A stretch of DNA of 64,000 nt from an uncultured virus (IMG/VR IMGVR_UViG_3300027736_000024) (IMGVR_UViG_3300027736_000024:62001-126000); one strand, 5' to 3'; counted from the stretch's first letter, positions 36,455-46,553 are shown. Notes: generated from the sequence alone by a model not told the origin. Translations and numbers: made by a program.

Positions 36455-36784
36455 ATGACACAAACAGAAATTCAAAAATTAGCAACAGAAATTGTTGGAG
36501 ACGGACAGCAACCTAATAAGTTTTTTGTATCAATCAATCCTTATTTTGCCGATGTAAAAAATGAAGGATTTACTCCCCTTGAAGGATTCGGAGATAAAGA
36601 TTCTAGCATTTATGTATTTGATACTTTAGAAGAAGCTCAAGCTTGTTATGACGATAATGAATTAGATCAAGAATACGGAGTTGGCACAGTTACTATAGAA
36701 GACAGATTGGTTGGTACACTTAAAGAAAAACAATTAGAACTTTACATGAAACCAACATGGATAAATAGAGAATATAATTTTTAA
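36455..36784 (+). CDS. hypothetical protein
   Basis: TAAAAGTTATG start. Confidence 0.65.
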   Translation: MTQTEIQKLATEIVGDGQQPNKFFVSINPYFADVKNEGFTPLEGFGDKDSSIYVFDTLEEAQACYDDNELDQEYGVGTVTIEDRLVGTLKEKQLELYMKPTWINREYNF

Positions 36785-36798
36785 TAAAAAAATAAGTT

Positions 36799-37008
36799 AT
36801 GAGAATACAAAAAAGCTATTTCCCAGATGAAGTATTAAGTGAGTATGAATGGTGTGAAACTTTTAAAGTTGGTAGTAGAAGACAAAAATATGATAAAGAA
36901 GATAAATCCCATGAGATGAATTCACAATTTGATTTTTCTAAATATTATTCTACTGAAGAATCTTATCTTTCTAAGATCTTAAAATATATTAACTTTATTA
37001 ATATATGA
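36799..37008 (+). CDS. hypothetical protein
   Basis: TAAGTTATG start. Confidence 0.55.
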   Translation: MRIQKSYFPDEVLSEYEWCETFKVGSRRQKYDKEDKSHEMNSQFDFSKYYSTEESYLSKILKYINFINI

Positions 37009-37325
37009 TAATTGTTCACACATATCAAGTTCCTTTTTTCTGGGTGGACGATAAATGTCCTTACGTTATTGAAGACGGAATCAGAAGAGATCTTCCAAGT
37101 GGAACTACTAGAAAGGATATCAAGTGGTTCAGAAGACCATATCCAGGAGGTAAAAATGAAGCATTTAAAATCCAAGTGGATTGGAATGTAGAAGGGGATA
37201 AAGATAAGAAATACAAAGTAGCCTTAGATCATAAGACATGGTCCTGCGATTGCCACTCTTTCAAATTTAGTGGAAACAAAAGAACTTGTAAGCATATAGA
37301 TAAGATCAAAGAGGAATATTTATAA
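37005..37325 (+). CDS. SWIM zinc-finger protein
   Basis: WSCDC...CKHI. Confidence 0.8.
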   Translation: MIIVHTYQVPFFWVDDKCPYVIEDGIRRDLPSGTTRKDIKWFRRPYPGGKNEAFKIQVDWNVEGDKDKKYKVALDHKTWSCDCHSFKFSGNKRTCKHIDKIKEEYL

Positions 37326-37354
37326 CAGAACCGTGTAGCTTTAAAACCTTTACT

Positions 37355-37948
37355 ATGAATAAAAATGCAAAAGACTTTATTAAATTTGTGAAGTCAGAAT
37401 GTAAAAGTAATGGAATAAAGTGTGATCTTAGAAATACAAAGTATGTTAAATTGTCAGGAAATATAAAGTGCTCAGGATACTTTGACGAAGAAGGTCCTGC
37501 ACTTGTATGTTCAATGAATAGACCGGACTCACTAGAAATTTTAGCTCACGAGTTCGGTCACTTTACCCAGTGGATAGAGCAAATAGATCTTTGGAAAGCC
37601 GTGAATACTTCCATGCCTCTAGTGGATGGTTGGTTAAGTGGTGAGGAAGTTCCTAATATAAAAAAGCATTTGGCAGTTTGTAGGGATCTGGAATTGGATA
37701 ATGAAAAGAGGGCTGTTAAAATTATAAAAAAGTTTGATCTAGATATAGACATAGATCGGTATATCAAAAAGGCTAATGCGTACATATTTTTTTATACTAG
37801 ATTATTAGCTACTAGAAAGTGGTGTACTCCAAAGAATAGTCCATATAGTAATAATAAAATAATAGAAGTTATGCCTACATATTTTAGGCGTGATTACTCT
37901 ATAATTCCAAAAAAAATAGAAACAATTTTTATTGAGCAAGGAACCTAG
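37355..37948 (+). CDS. zincin-like metalloprotein
   Basis: LAHEFGH and downstream ELDNE. Confidence 0.65.
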   Translation: MNKNAKDFIKFVKSECKSNGIKCDLRNTKYVKLSGNIKCSGYFDEEGPALVCSMNRPDSLEILAHEFGHFTQWIEQIDLWKAVNTSMPLVDGWLSGEEVPNIKKHLAVCRDLELDNEKRAVKIIKKFDLDIDIDRYIKKANAYIFFYTRLLATRKWCTPKNSPYSNNKIIEVMPTYFRRDYSIIPKKIETIFIEQGT

Positions 37949-37950
37949 TT

Positions 37951-38340
37951 ATGAATGAAGTAATAAAACCAACTAGAAAACACGTAAATCAAATATTTGC
38001 TTGGTGTATAAAGACTTATGGTAAATCTAAATTTAATAAAGAATTACCTATAGTAGAGTTTAGAAAACAGGACTACTATACAGAAGAATGCATGGCATTC
38101 TATGATGAAATAGAATCAGTTATATTTGTAAATAAAGATCAGAATGATAATATTAATGAACTGGCTAATAGTATCATACATGAGTATGTACACTATAAAC
38201 AGAATATGAAACACTATCAGATACTAAGTCTGTATCTTCCTGATCATAAAAATCCTATGGAAATAGAGGCTAATAAAATAGCTAATAGAGATACAAAAAA
38301 ATGTCTTAAAGAACTATATAATATTCAAAGTATCAAGTAA
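37951..38340 (+). CDS. zincin-like metalloprotein
   Basis: IIHEYVHYKQ ... PMEIEA. Confidence 0.65.
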   Translation: MNEVIKPTRKHVNQIFAWCIKTYGKSKFNKELPIVEFRKQDYYTEECMAFYDEIESVIFVNKDQNDNINELANSIIHEYVHYKQNMKHYQILSLYLPDHKNPMEIEANKIANRDTKKCLKELYNIQSIK

Positions 38341-38357
38341 TTTAGATATTTATTGAT

Positions 38358-38573
38358 ATGTTATATTATGACGTCCTGGATGAGATAGCAGGTTCATCAG
38401 AAATACCAGATGAAATACATCCCCTATTCCATGTTAATCCTAGAGAGGTGTGGATAGAAATGATGGTTCAGCTTATAGAAAGAGGTGTTGTAAAAAACAG
38501 TTATAGTAATTTGCAAAGCTACTCTACTATTTGGGAGGGTATGTTATATACTAAATTTAGTACCGTAAATTAA
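38358..38573 (+). CDS. hypothetical protein
   Basis: ATATTTAT motif at 38346. Confidence 0.55.
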   Translation: MLYYDVLDEIAGSSEIPDEIHPLFHVNPREVWIEMMVQLIERGVVKNSYSNLQSYSTIWEGMLYTKFSTVN

Positions 38574-38578
38574 ATTAA

Positions 38579-38869
38579 ATGCTTTTACAACAACAGATTA
38601 ATGATAGTTTCGTTCAGAGTCATTTGATGGAATATGGAATATTAGGATTCGTAGCTTTTATTTTAGGATATTTTGCTTGGATTCAATATAAAAGGCTTGT
38701 TAAAAAGAATGACGATTTAGAAGTTAAAATAGATAGACTACAAATTGAAATGATGGGACTTTTAGTTGATGAAAGAGATCGTCTAGCCCAATTAATAAGA
38801 GATAATACGGCGGCTCTTCAAGAACTGCAGAAAACTATATTTAAATACATGGTTAAAAAAGGAGAGTGA
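38579..38869 (+). CDS. TM plus coiled-coil protein (holin-like)
   Basis: YGILGFVAFILGYFAW TM then heptads. Confidence 0.55.
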   Translation: MLLQQQINDSFVQSHLMEYGILGFVAFILGYFAWIQYKRLVKKNDDLEVKIDRLQIEMMGLLVDERDRLAQLIRDNTAALQELQKTIFKYMVKKGE

Positions 38870-39177
38870 TGGATTTCAAAACACGTTCTTTAATTAAAAT
38901 GGCAGATAAGTTAATTAAATCCCATGATGCTAAAGAACATTTTGATAAATCTCAAAAAGAAAAAGACTATATTAAAAAAGTAAGTATACTTAAAGAAATC
39001 CTAACTACAGAATATAAATTTGCTAATCAACATAAAGTACTCCATCCAGAATATCGGATAAAATTAGAAGTCATTAATAAGCATATAGACTATATAAAGA
39101 AGATCCAGAATAATAAAACACTAGATACTTCGGATAAGCAGATCATAGATCAATTAATGAACAAGTACAGTGGTTAA
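38869..39177 (+). CDS. hypothetical protein
   Basis: TGATG coupling with the upstream gene. Confidence 0.55.
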   Translation: MDFKTRSLIKMADKLIKSHDAKEHFDKSQKEKDYIKKVSILKEILTTEYKFANQHKVLHPEYRIKLEVINKHIDYIKKIQNNKTLDTSDKQIIDQLMNKYSG

Positions 39178-39348
39178 CTAACTACAAAGAATAATTTTTT
39201 TATTGGAATTAAATAGCTTAATTTTATTTTGAAATAAAAATAATATTATGAGCACTATTGACATAGTTGCAATTGTAACTATACTAGTTAATTCAGTAAT
39301 AGTTATAGGAGTTCTTGCATCTAAAAATGATAAAAAAAAGTAAACATT

Positions 39349-39651
39349 ATGAAAGATATTTTTTACGACATTAGTGATTTTATATGGTCCAAAGAAAATA
39401 ATTCATTTTATGCAGAAGCACCTTATCTTTATCCATTGGGAGATTATCATTCTGCTTTTCCAAACGGTAAAAGTAAATTCTATATAAAGAATTTTAAGAC
39501 TAATGACTTTCGTTCATTTATTTTTCAAGAAGAAAATATTGCTTACTATATTTTAGATCAAGAAGAAGACTACACTATAGAAGAAACTATCTGGACATAC
39601 AAAAGTGAGGACGGTATTCTCTGTCAAATATCCATTCCAACCGCTCCGTAG
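39349..39651 (+). CDS. hypothetical protein
   Basis: 100-aa ORF. Confidence 0.6.
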   Translation: MKDIFYDISDFIWSKENNSFYAEAPYLYPLGDYHSAFPNGKSKFYIKNFKTNDFRSFIFQEENIAYYILDQEEDYTIEETIWTYKSEDGILCQISIPTAP

Positions 39652-39652
39652 C

Positions 39653-39804
39653 ATAACTGATTGATTTTCAACACTTTATAACTAATTGACTATCAACAAG
39701 TTATAACTAGTTGATTACCAATAAAAACTTTTAGAAAAGACTAAAATAAATTTTTTTATTTGAAAAATTTGTTATAATTTTACTATATAACAAATCAATC
39801 AAGT
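39653..39804 (+). promoter_or_regulatory. repeat-promoter cassette copy 2
   Basis: 25-bp units at 39653, 39678, 39703; TTGTTATAATTTTACTAT. Confidence 0.8.
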
Positions 39805-40149
39805 ATGACTATTAAGATCTTCGTTTTTAACTACCTTACGCATGAGACAATTATTGACAACACTATTGAAGTAAATGGTGACTATGCCGTAGCAGAAGCC
39901 AATCATAAGGCTTTTAGCAAAATGTATCCAGATTGTCAAGTTAACTTTGTTATTGATAAAGACAATTTCATATTCGCTCCTCCGTATAATATGACACAGG
40001 ACGAGATCGCTTACGATGAAGGTCGCATGACTTGGAACGAGTACGTAGGTAAGTGATATAACGGTGCTTTAGAAAGCGATAACGATATGAGAGACACTAC
40101 CAACTATGAAGACATGGCACACACTGCATTTTATTCACAAAATCTATAA
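39805..40149 (+). pseudogene. gene with in-frame TGA at 40054 (paralog of 41222)
   Basis: Frame stays open 30 codons past TGA to TAA at 40147; K-TGA-Y aligns with K-W-Y of paralog. Confidence 0.5.
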
Positions 40150-40160
40150 AAATAAAAGTT

Positions 40161-40388
40161 ATGAAAATCAATTTATCTAAAATCAAAATCGGAAAGCGCT
40201 ATGTCTTCAATGTATATTATGATTATGGAGCTGGCAGCGGTTCTCAAGGTAGTTATAATATTATTGGTGAAGTTAAAGAGATCAATGCTGAGTTCATTAG
40301 AGTTATACCTATGGAGAATATAGAAGAAGGAAATAGAAGGTCTGTTAAATTAAGAGGCGGATCTATAACTGAAGTAAAAACCTGCTAA
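40161..40388 (+). CDS. hypothetical protein
   Basis: TAAAAGTTATG start. Confidence 0.6.
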   Translation: MKINLSKIKIGKRYVFNVYYDYGAGSGSQGSYNIIGEVKEINAEFIRVIPMENIEEGNRRSVKLRGGSITEVKTC

Positions 40389-40400
40389 AAAATAAAAGTT

Positions 40401-40592
40401 ATGTTATACACAAAAAGAGACTTACAAAATTTAGACACGATCGAACAAGCTTGGGACGGAGACGAACTTAAGATAGAAGAGCAAGGATATAGAGTATGGC
40501 TTACGCATCCTGAAAATAGACAGTGGAATGGCGACTACACTGTAGAGACTTTAGTAAACGGTAAATGGGAACAGACAAATTATTCATTCTAA
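40401..40592 (+). CDS. hypothetical protein
   Basis: TAAAAGTTATG start. Confidence 0.6.
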   Translation: MLYTKRDLQNLDTIEQAWDGDELKIEEQGYRVWLTHPENRQWNGDYTVETLVNGKWEQTNYSF

Positions 40593-40605
40593 AAAAATAA
40601 AGGTT

Positions 40606-40905
40606 ATGAAGTTTAAACAAAATTCAATCGCGTCAGCAGGTACTTCTTTTTTCGGTACCACTTTAAATGCTTCAGTTAATGAATTAATACAGATCTTTGG
40701 CAAGCCTACTATTGAAGATAATACAGGAGAAGACAAAGTAAATTTTGAGTGGGATATTGAATGCCAGGATGGAACTGTGTTTACTGTATATGATTGGAAA
40801 GAATACAGATCTATCGGTCTAGATGAACAAATAGAGTGGCATATAGGTGGAATGAGTGAAGCAGATACAGAAAAAGCAAAAAGAGAGATTAATAATTTAA
40901 AATAA
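40606..40905 (+). CDS. hypothetical phage protein
   Basis: KVNFEW, FTVYDWKE, WHIGG. Confidence 0.65.
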   Translation: MKFKQNSIASAGTSFFGTTLNASVNELIQIFGKPTIEDNTGEDKVNFEWDIECQDGTVFTVYDWKEYRSIGLDEQIEWHIGGMSEADTEKAKREINNLK

Positions 40906-40910
40906 AAGTT

Positions 40911-41126
40911 ATGATTAAGAAAAAGAAACAAAATTCAAAAATAGAAATCGATTTAACAGGGCCAGATGGCAACGCATTTGTATTAATTGGTAAAGCCAGT
41001 AATTTAGCTAAACAGTTAGGACTGGATCAGAAAGCAATTCAAGCTGAGATGATGAGCGGTGACTATGAAAATTTAGTCAAAGTATTTGATAATCATTTTG
41101 GATCGTTTGTAACATTGTATAGATAA
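40911..41126 (+). CDS. hypothetical phage protein
   Basis: IDLTGPDGNAF ... MMSGDYE. Confidence 0.7.
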   Translation: MIKKKKQNSKIEIDLTGPDGNAFVLIGKASNLAKQLGLDQKAIQAEMMSGDYENLVKVFDNHFGSFVTLYR

Positions 41127-41221
41127 TAAAAAAATAAAAGTTATGCAGGTTACAACAATTCCAATTATAGTTTATCCAAATTTTCCTAAAGAAATTAATA
41201 CAATACATTTAAATTAAAGTT

Positions 41222-41614
41222 ATGACTAAAAATTTTACAATAGCTAAACAAACTCAAGACACTTCTAAATTAACGCTTTGCACTTTAACAATCAAAGATT
41301 GGTACACAGCTAAAACTAAAATGAAAAAGATTATGCCTAAAGATCCTGAAAAGGCATTAATTATTCATAGTAAGCTAAATCCAGATTCTATAGTTACCAT
41401 AACTTGGGATAGTAAAGGTAAGCCAATGAGTAAGACATTAGTTCCAGATAATATGAGACGTGATCAGGAGCTCGTGGATGAGCTAGAAATGGAGGTTGAA
41501 TACTTCACAAAGAAGTGGTATGGTAAGATCAGTAAGGCTAAAATGGCTCAAATTCAAGCAGAAATTGAATCAGAAACACAACTTATTGATAATGAATCAG
41601 TTGTAATGGGTTGA
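41222..41614 (+). CDS. hypothetical protein (paralog of 39805)
   Basis: SKLNPD / PDNMRRDQ / KWYG shared pattern. Confidence 0.6.
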   Translation: MTKNFTIAKQTQDTSKLTLCTLTIKDWYTAKTKMKKIMPKDPEKALIIHSKLNPDSIVTITWDSKGKPMSKTLVPDNMRRDQELVDELEMEVEYFTKKWYGKISKAKMAQIQAEIESETQLIDNESVVMG

Positions 41615-41731
41615 TTTTCAATCAGATATAACTAGTTGATTACCAATAAAAACTTTTGGAAAAGACTAAAATAAATTTTTTTATCTCGTAGAATTGTCAT
41701 AATTTTACTATGAAACAAAACAATAAAGGTT
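41578..41731 (+). promoter_or_regulatory. repeat-promoter cassette copy 3
   Basis: 25-bp units at 41578, 41603, 41628; TTGTCATAATTTTACTAT. Confidence 0.75.
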
Positions 41732-42613
41732 ATGAATAATCAAATTATCCTCTCTGCTCTAGAATCTCAATTAGCTTCTAAACAATCTGAATTAGAATCA
41801 CACGCAACATTAATATCAGAGCCCGCTTCAAAAGCACTTACTCAAAATGTTTTACAGTCTCTTCGTGAAAATGTATCTACTCTTATTCCTAATATTAAGA
41901 TTAGCACAAGTCGTCTAGAGATCATGAGATTTTCAGAGCCAAATTCCTACAGGTCTTCTGTTACAGTTTATTTAGAAAGCAGTTGGAGATCTGAATACAA
42001 GACTCTAGATATTGAAATGAATTGGTATGGATCAAGAGCGAATTTGAAAGACGAGAATACACTTAATGATGTTCAAGTTTTTGGTGCAGTTGCGGCTAAG
42101 CTTGCATGGATCGAATATGAATTCATAAATAATTGGAGACCTGCTATCATGGAAATTGATAAAATACCACAAAATATAGAAAATGAAATTCGCCAAATTA
42201 ATTACAGTATTCAATCAGTAAAAAATCAAATGAGAAATGACGGAATTGATAGCTATAAAAAAGAGGGATTTGTTTGTACTCTTACTCCAACTTTGAATAT
42301 ATCAAGAGATTGGGAAGCGGAAGGAAATCCATACCAATTACAATCAAGTATTCCTAATATAAAGCTATCAACAGGTCGAGGTAAGTGGGACTACGTTTAC
42401 GCTAAGTCTTTCAAAGTTTTAAAAACTAATAAGTACAAGACTACTTTAGAAATAACTCAGAGCGATGATAGAGTTATAGAGCGCACAATTACGGCTAGAT
42501 CTTTCGATCAATTCATTTCTGAAGTTTACGATTGGCAGACAGATAAAGCTAAAGTGCACAATGATAAAATTACAGAAAGATTCAATACTCAATATGCTAA
42601 ACAATCTGCATAA
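41732..42613 (+). CDS. hypothetical protein
   Basis: 293-aa ORF directly after cassette. Confidence 0.75.
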   Translation: MNNQIILSALESQLASKQSELESHATLISEPASKALTQNVLQSLRENVSTLIPNIKISTSRLEIMRFSEPNSYRSSVTVYLESSWRSEYKTLDIEMNWYGSRANLKDENTLNDVQVFGAVAAKLAWIEYEFINNWRPAIMEIDKIPQNIENEIRQINYSIQSVKNQMRNDGIDSYKKEGFVCTLTPTLNISRDWEAEGNPYQLQSSIPNIKLSTGRGKWDYVYAKSFKVLKTNKYKTTLEITQSDDRVIERTITARSFDQFISEVYDWQTDKAKVHNDKITERFNTQYAKQSA

Positions 42614-42633
42614 TTAATTATAAAATAAAAGTT

Positions 42634-43020
42634 ATGAAAAAAATAAGTAGGAAGAAGTCCTTAGTGGACTACATGATAGAGAATGGAAACAATTTTAGGT
42701 ATACCGACATGATAAAATATCTTGTTAAAATATGCAGAAAAAAAGAATATGAGTGGCAATACGATAGAGGATTTTATGCAGCAAACTTTGGTTTTAGTGG
42801 ATATATTACTCGAGGTTGTGGAACTTGCGGCGTCTATAAAAATCCTACAGGTAAGTGGAGTGCTAAGTATTATACAGAAGAAGAAATTACTTTGTATAAA
42901 ATTAAAAGGCTTGTAACCCCGGCATTCAGTAAAGTATTAAATAGTTTTTCAGATAGACAAAAAAGAGATAGCGTAAGATTAGATCTTATTAAAAAATTAG
43001 CTAAACTAGTTAAAAAATAA
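42634..43020 (+). CDS. hypothetical protein
   Basis: TAAAAGTTATG start. Confidence 0.6.
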   Translation: MKKISRKKSLVDYMIENGNNFRYTDMIKYLVKICRKKEYEWQYDRGFYAANFGFSGYITRGCGTCGVYKNPTGKWSAKYYTEEEITLYKIKRLVTPAFSKVLNSFSDRQKRDSVRLDLIKKLAKLVKK

Positions 43021-43023
43021 ATT

Positions 43024-43230
43024 ATGAATACTAAATATTGTAAAGTTTGTCAAAAAGAAATCCACCCTAAACGTGTAGCATTAGGATATGGAACTACATG
43101 CGTAGATCATAGTAGTGCAGAAAGATATACAGGTATTGTAGCTGCAGGATCTAAGAATGACTTTGAAGTTCAGATCGTTAAAGATCCAGAGATCGGTAGG
43201 CAACTTGTTCAATTATCAAATATTTATTAA
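43024..43230 (+). CDS. small zinc-finger protein (DksA/TraR C4-like)
   Basis: CKVCQKEIHPKR..LG..TCVDH. Confidence 0.55.
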   Translation: MNTKYCKVCQKEIHPKRVALGYGTTCVDHSSAERYTGIVAAGSKNDFEVQIVKDPEIGRQLVQLSNIY

Positions 43231-43239
43231 AAAAGTAAA

Positions 43240-43515
43240 ATGAATTATTTAAGCCCAGTAGAATATAGTAAAAAAATGAAAGCCTTAATGGAAGACGAGT
43301 CTACTCCTATGGAAGAGACAATTCCTGTAAAAGGAGAGAAGACTATGAAAGAAAGACTTTCAGAACTTTCTCCTGATGAGACAACTAAACTTCAAGAATA
43401 TATTGCTAGTATCAAAGAGATCAAGAAAGCTATTCACGAATTAATAAATAAAGAATCTGTAGAAGAGAGCGGAGGCAATATGTCTTCAGGATTAGTACTT
43501 CCTGAAGAAGAATAA
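43240..43515 (+). CDS. acidic hypothetical protein (late-motif preceded)
   Basis: ATATTTAT at 43220; Glu-rich. Confidence 0.65.
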   Translation: MNYLSPVEYSKKMKALMEDESTPMEETIPVKGEKTMKERLSELSPDETTKLQEYIASIKEIKKAIHELINKESVEESGGNMSSGLVLPEEE

Positions 43516-43525
43516 AAATAAAATA

Positions 43526-43873
43526 ATGGTTATGCAAAATTTAGTTTCAGGAATATTTTTTGGAGTCATAGGACAAGTACTCTCTTTTTTTCAATTACAA
43601 GCAGGAATAAGATTCGGTTGGACTGAGAAATGGAGTTGGGCTCTAATGCTACTTGGTTTTCCAATTAGCTGGTCTTTCATGAAAAGTGTACAATACTTCA
43701 TCAATGCATTCGATGGAGAGATCTATCCAAGTAGGATATTAGGATTTGCTGTAGGTATCATTGTCTTTAGTATTATGGGATGGTTTCTATTTAGAGAAGG
43801 AATCACACCTAAAACAGGAGTGTGCTTACTATTAAGTTTGTGCATTATTCTTATTCAAATACTTTGGAAATAG
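43526..43873 (+). CDS. 4-TM membrane protein (DMT/SMR-like)
   Basis: Four hydrophobic helices; GWFLFREGIT..GVCL. Confidence 0.6.
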   Translation: MVMQNLVSGIFFGVIGQVLSFFQLQAGIRFGWTEKWSWALMLLGFPISWSFMKSVQYFINAFDGEIYPSRILGFAVGIIVFSIMGWFLFREGITPKTGVCLLLSLCIILIQILWK

Positions 43874-43921
43874 ATTATTTTTTACCACAATTATTATTTA
43901 ATTTTATATAAATAAGTTATT

Positions 43922-44659
43922 TTGAAAACTGTAGTTTTTGGAGATATACATGGTAGATCAAATTGGAAATTAGCGGTTCATAAAGAGAATCCTGATAGAG
44001 TTATTTTTATAGGTGACTACTTTGATTCATTTGAATTTTCCGGAGTAGAACAAATTGATAATTTCAAACAAATTATTCAGTATAAAACAGATAATCCACA
44101 AGTTGAAGTTGTGATGTTGATTGGTAATCACGATCATCATTACTTTCCTGAAATTGGTTATACTGGGACTAGTGGTTATCAAGCAGGAGTTGGTCATTCA
44201 ATTACTCAAGTTATAGATGAAAATAGACACCACCTACAAATGGCTTATGGTTTTGGAGATTATCTATTCACTCATGCTGGAGTTAGTCCTGTGTTCATGG
44301 ATCAAGTATTTGGTTCTGATGATTGGAGTAAGGAGAGTATTGTAGTTGATTTGAATGAATTATTTAGGTACAAACCTAAAGCATTTCTATTTAATGGTTT
44401 TGAGTCAAGTGGAGATAGTCCATCACAAACACCAATTTGGATTAGACCTAGATCATTAATGTCTTCAAATAAAAAACACCCTAAAGGATTAAAGAAAGAT
44501 TATATTCAAATTGTAGGTCATACTCAAATGAATAAACTTGATTTAATTGGAAGTGATAAATTTACAGGTGGTAGATATTATTTCATTGACACAATGGATA
44601 CATCAGGAGAATATTTGGTTATTCAAGATAACAATCTTATCGTTAACTCAGTAAAATAA
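43922..44659 (+). CDS. calcineurin-like metallophosphoesterase
   Basis: GDIHG, GDYFD, GNHD, THAG, VGHT. Confidence 0.88.
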   Translation: MKTVVFGDIHGRSNWKLAVHKENPDRVIFIGDYFDSFEFSGVEQIDNFKQIIQYKTDNPQVEVVMLIGNHDHHYFPEIGYTGTSGYQAGVGHSITQVIDENRHHLQMAYGFGDYLFTHAGVSPVFMDQVFGSDDWSKESIVVDLNELFRYKPKAFLFNGFESSGDSPSQTPIWIRPRSLMSSNKKHPKGLKKDYIQIVGHTQMNKLDLIGSDKFTGGRYYFIDTMDTSGEYLVIQDNNLIVNSVK

Positions 44660-44664
44660 AAGTT

Positions 44665-45087
44665 ATGTATTTTATATTATTAATGCTAATAAATTTTAGT
44701 GTAGAGACAAAGTCATTAGATCTTAATAAAGAAAATTTATGGATCGCAATAAAAAATTCTAACATAGATCATCCAGATATTGCTTATGCACAAGCTATAC
44801 TTGAATCAGGTAATCTAAAAAGTAGATTAGTTAAAACTAATAACAATCTATTTGGAATGAAAAAACCTAGCATTAGAAAAACTACTGCTATTGGAACAAA
44901 ATATAAGTACGCTAAATATAGTAGTTGGATATCTTCTGTAGAAGACTATAAACTTTGGCAAGATCATTTGTTTAGAAAAAAAATAATGAGTAGAAAAGAA
45001 TATATGAAGTACTTACAAATTAGATATTCTGAAACCCCAACATATATTAATAGGGTTATGAAAATAGTTAATCAAAATAAAATATAA
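44665..45087 (+). CDS. GH73 glucosaminidase-like peptidoglycan hydrolase
   Basis: AQAILESG, NNLFGMK, YSETPTY. Confidence 0.8.
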   Translation: MYFILLMLINFSVETKSLDLNKENLWIAIKNSNIDHPDIAYAQAILESGNLKSRLVKTNNNLFGMKKPSIRKTTAIGTKYKYAKYSSWISSVEDYKLWQDHLFRKKIMSRKEYMKYLQIRYSETPTYINRVMKIVNQNKI

Positions 45088-45091
45088 GGTT

Positions 45092-45301
45092 ATGGATAGA
45101 ATTGAAATGTTATATGACAATATGGATAGCTTCGATAAACAGCAGATGTCTGAGTATCTAATGAAAGACGGATATCCAGAACCATATACACATACAGCAG
45201 AATTTAAATATCAAAATGAAATTTTAAAGTTGTATGATAAATGGAATATGCTTACTCAAGAAGAAGAGGAAACGATTTTAAAAATAGCAAATAAATTTTA
45301 A
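45092..45301 (+). CDS. hypothetical protein
   Basis: AAGGTTATG start. Confidence 0.55.
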   Translation: MDRIEMLYDNMDSFDKQQMSEYLMKDGYPEPYTHTAEFKYQNEILKLYDKWNMLTQEEEETILKIANKF

Positions 45302-45470
45302 TAATGTTAGTTGTAGATCTTGTAGAAAGTGTAGAAAGTTTATATTCTAATATGCCTGATAAAAGAAAAAGAAAAGAGTATCAAGATTGGAAGGTTCAAA
45401 TAAATAAAATTATAGACGATATAAATAAGTTATGTAAATTTAAAATGTATAATCAAATAAAATAAAAATC

Positions 45471-45701
45471 ATGGCAGTTAGTAAAAAACCAAGAAAAAAA
45501 GCAGCTCAACAAGAAGTACTTACAGTAAAACCAATTCAGCAGGCATTATGGTATCCTATTGATTGGGATAAAGTAAAGACCTTAACAGATTTAAAATTTA
45601 TAATTAAGAATATGGGTTTAGGTTGCGCTGATGATTCTCCAAATTATGCCGAATTAAAAAAGTATTTATCCGATTCTCCATTAGCGCGTAATAATGGTTA
45701 A
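45471..45701 (+). CDS. hypothetical protein
   Basis: Basic N-terminus; A-rich start context. Confidence 0.55.
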   Translation: MAVSKKPRKKAAQQEVLTVKPIQQALWYPIDWDKVKTLTDLKFIIKNMGLGCADDSPNYAELKKYLSDSPLARNNG

Positions 45702-45729
45702 TACCTTAATAAATAAAATAAAAATTAGT

Positions 45730-46002
45730 ATGGCAGATTTTTCTAAACAATACTGTGAAATATATGATCATGGATTTTCATGGGATTTTGATATTGAAGA
45801 AATAGCAGATGAATTGGATCCCGGTTATATGAACAATGTTATTTGTGAAGGCTTTGGTTTCGACGCAATAGGTAAAGAGAAATCAGGAGAGATTGTACTT
45901 CACTTTAGAGATTGGGAAACAGGAAAAAAATCTTGGGTTAGCTATAAAGATTTTATAAATAAACAAAAATTAAGTATTAATGAACAGTTGGGTAGATCCT
46001 AG
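45730..46002 (+). CDS. hypothetical protein
   Basis: Likely start MADFSKQYC; ICEGFG. Confidence 0.55.
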   Translation: MADFSKQYCEIYDHGFSWDFDIEEIADELDPGYMNNVICEGFGFDAIGKEKSGEIVLHFRDWETGKKSWVSYKDFINKQKLSINEQLGRS

Positions 46003-46159
46003 AATTAGTAGGATAATAGAATTAGAGTTAGAAATAACAGACGCAGTATCTAAAGGACATAAAGCTGCAGATAGCGATAAGTTTAAAGAGCATAGAGAAG
46101 AGCTAAAGCGTTTAAGAGAGGAACTAAAGTCGGAGCGGCGCGCGCAAGGGCGGCGGTAA
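45980..46159 (+). CDS. 59-aa hypothetical protein (not in ORF track)
   Basis: MNSWVDPRISRIIELE...SERRAQGRR; 3' end lies in GC-rich patch. Confidence 0.45.
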   Translation: MNSWVDPRISRIIELELEITDAVSKGHKAADSDKFKEHREELKRLREELKSERRAQGRR

Positions 46160-46211
46160 AATTTCGCGAGGGCCTCAAAAGTCATAAATACAAATATACA
46201 ATATACAAACT

Positions 46212-46553
46212 ATGAAATGGGAATCCTTTGAAAAAATAATGTTAACCTATAAGCGTGCCTTATCGGATATGGATGCACTTTATAAGATTGGTTTAGACCT
46301 ATCCGAAGGCCCGTACGACCTCATGAGCCACATGTACGTCTTGTTTAATGAATCTATGGGGATCCAATATAACCCTCATGGCGTGGACTGGATTGATTGG
46401 TACATATTCGAAACCGACTGGCAAAAGAAAGGGAATTACGAAGCCTATAATGAGAAGAAAGAACTCATTGCCCAAGACTTAAAAGGCCTGTGGGAACTAC
46501 TTGAATCAGATTATCGGAATGATCAAAAACCAGAAATGCCACTAGACTTATGA
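46212..46553 (+). CDS. hypothetical protein
   Basis: DWIDWYIFETDW motif. Confidence 0.65.
   Translation: MKWESFEKIMLTYKRALSDMDALYKIGLDLSEGPYDLMSHMYVLFNESMGIQYNPHGVDWIDWYIFETDWQKKGNYEAYNEKKELIAQDLKGLWELLESDYRNDQKPEMPLDL

Noticed and set aside
39653..39730. CRISPR mini-array in the 25-bp repeats
   Set aside because: Units are head-to-tail with no unique spacers; no cas operon (10044 is a stand-alone PD-(D/E)XK nuclease)
42722..42916. Alternative-frame + strand ORF
   Set aside because: Nested inside 42634, which has the typical start signature
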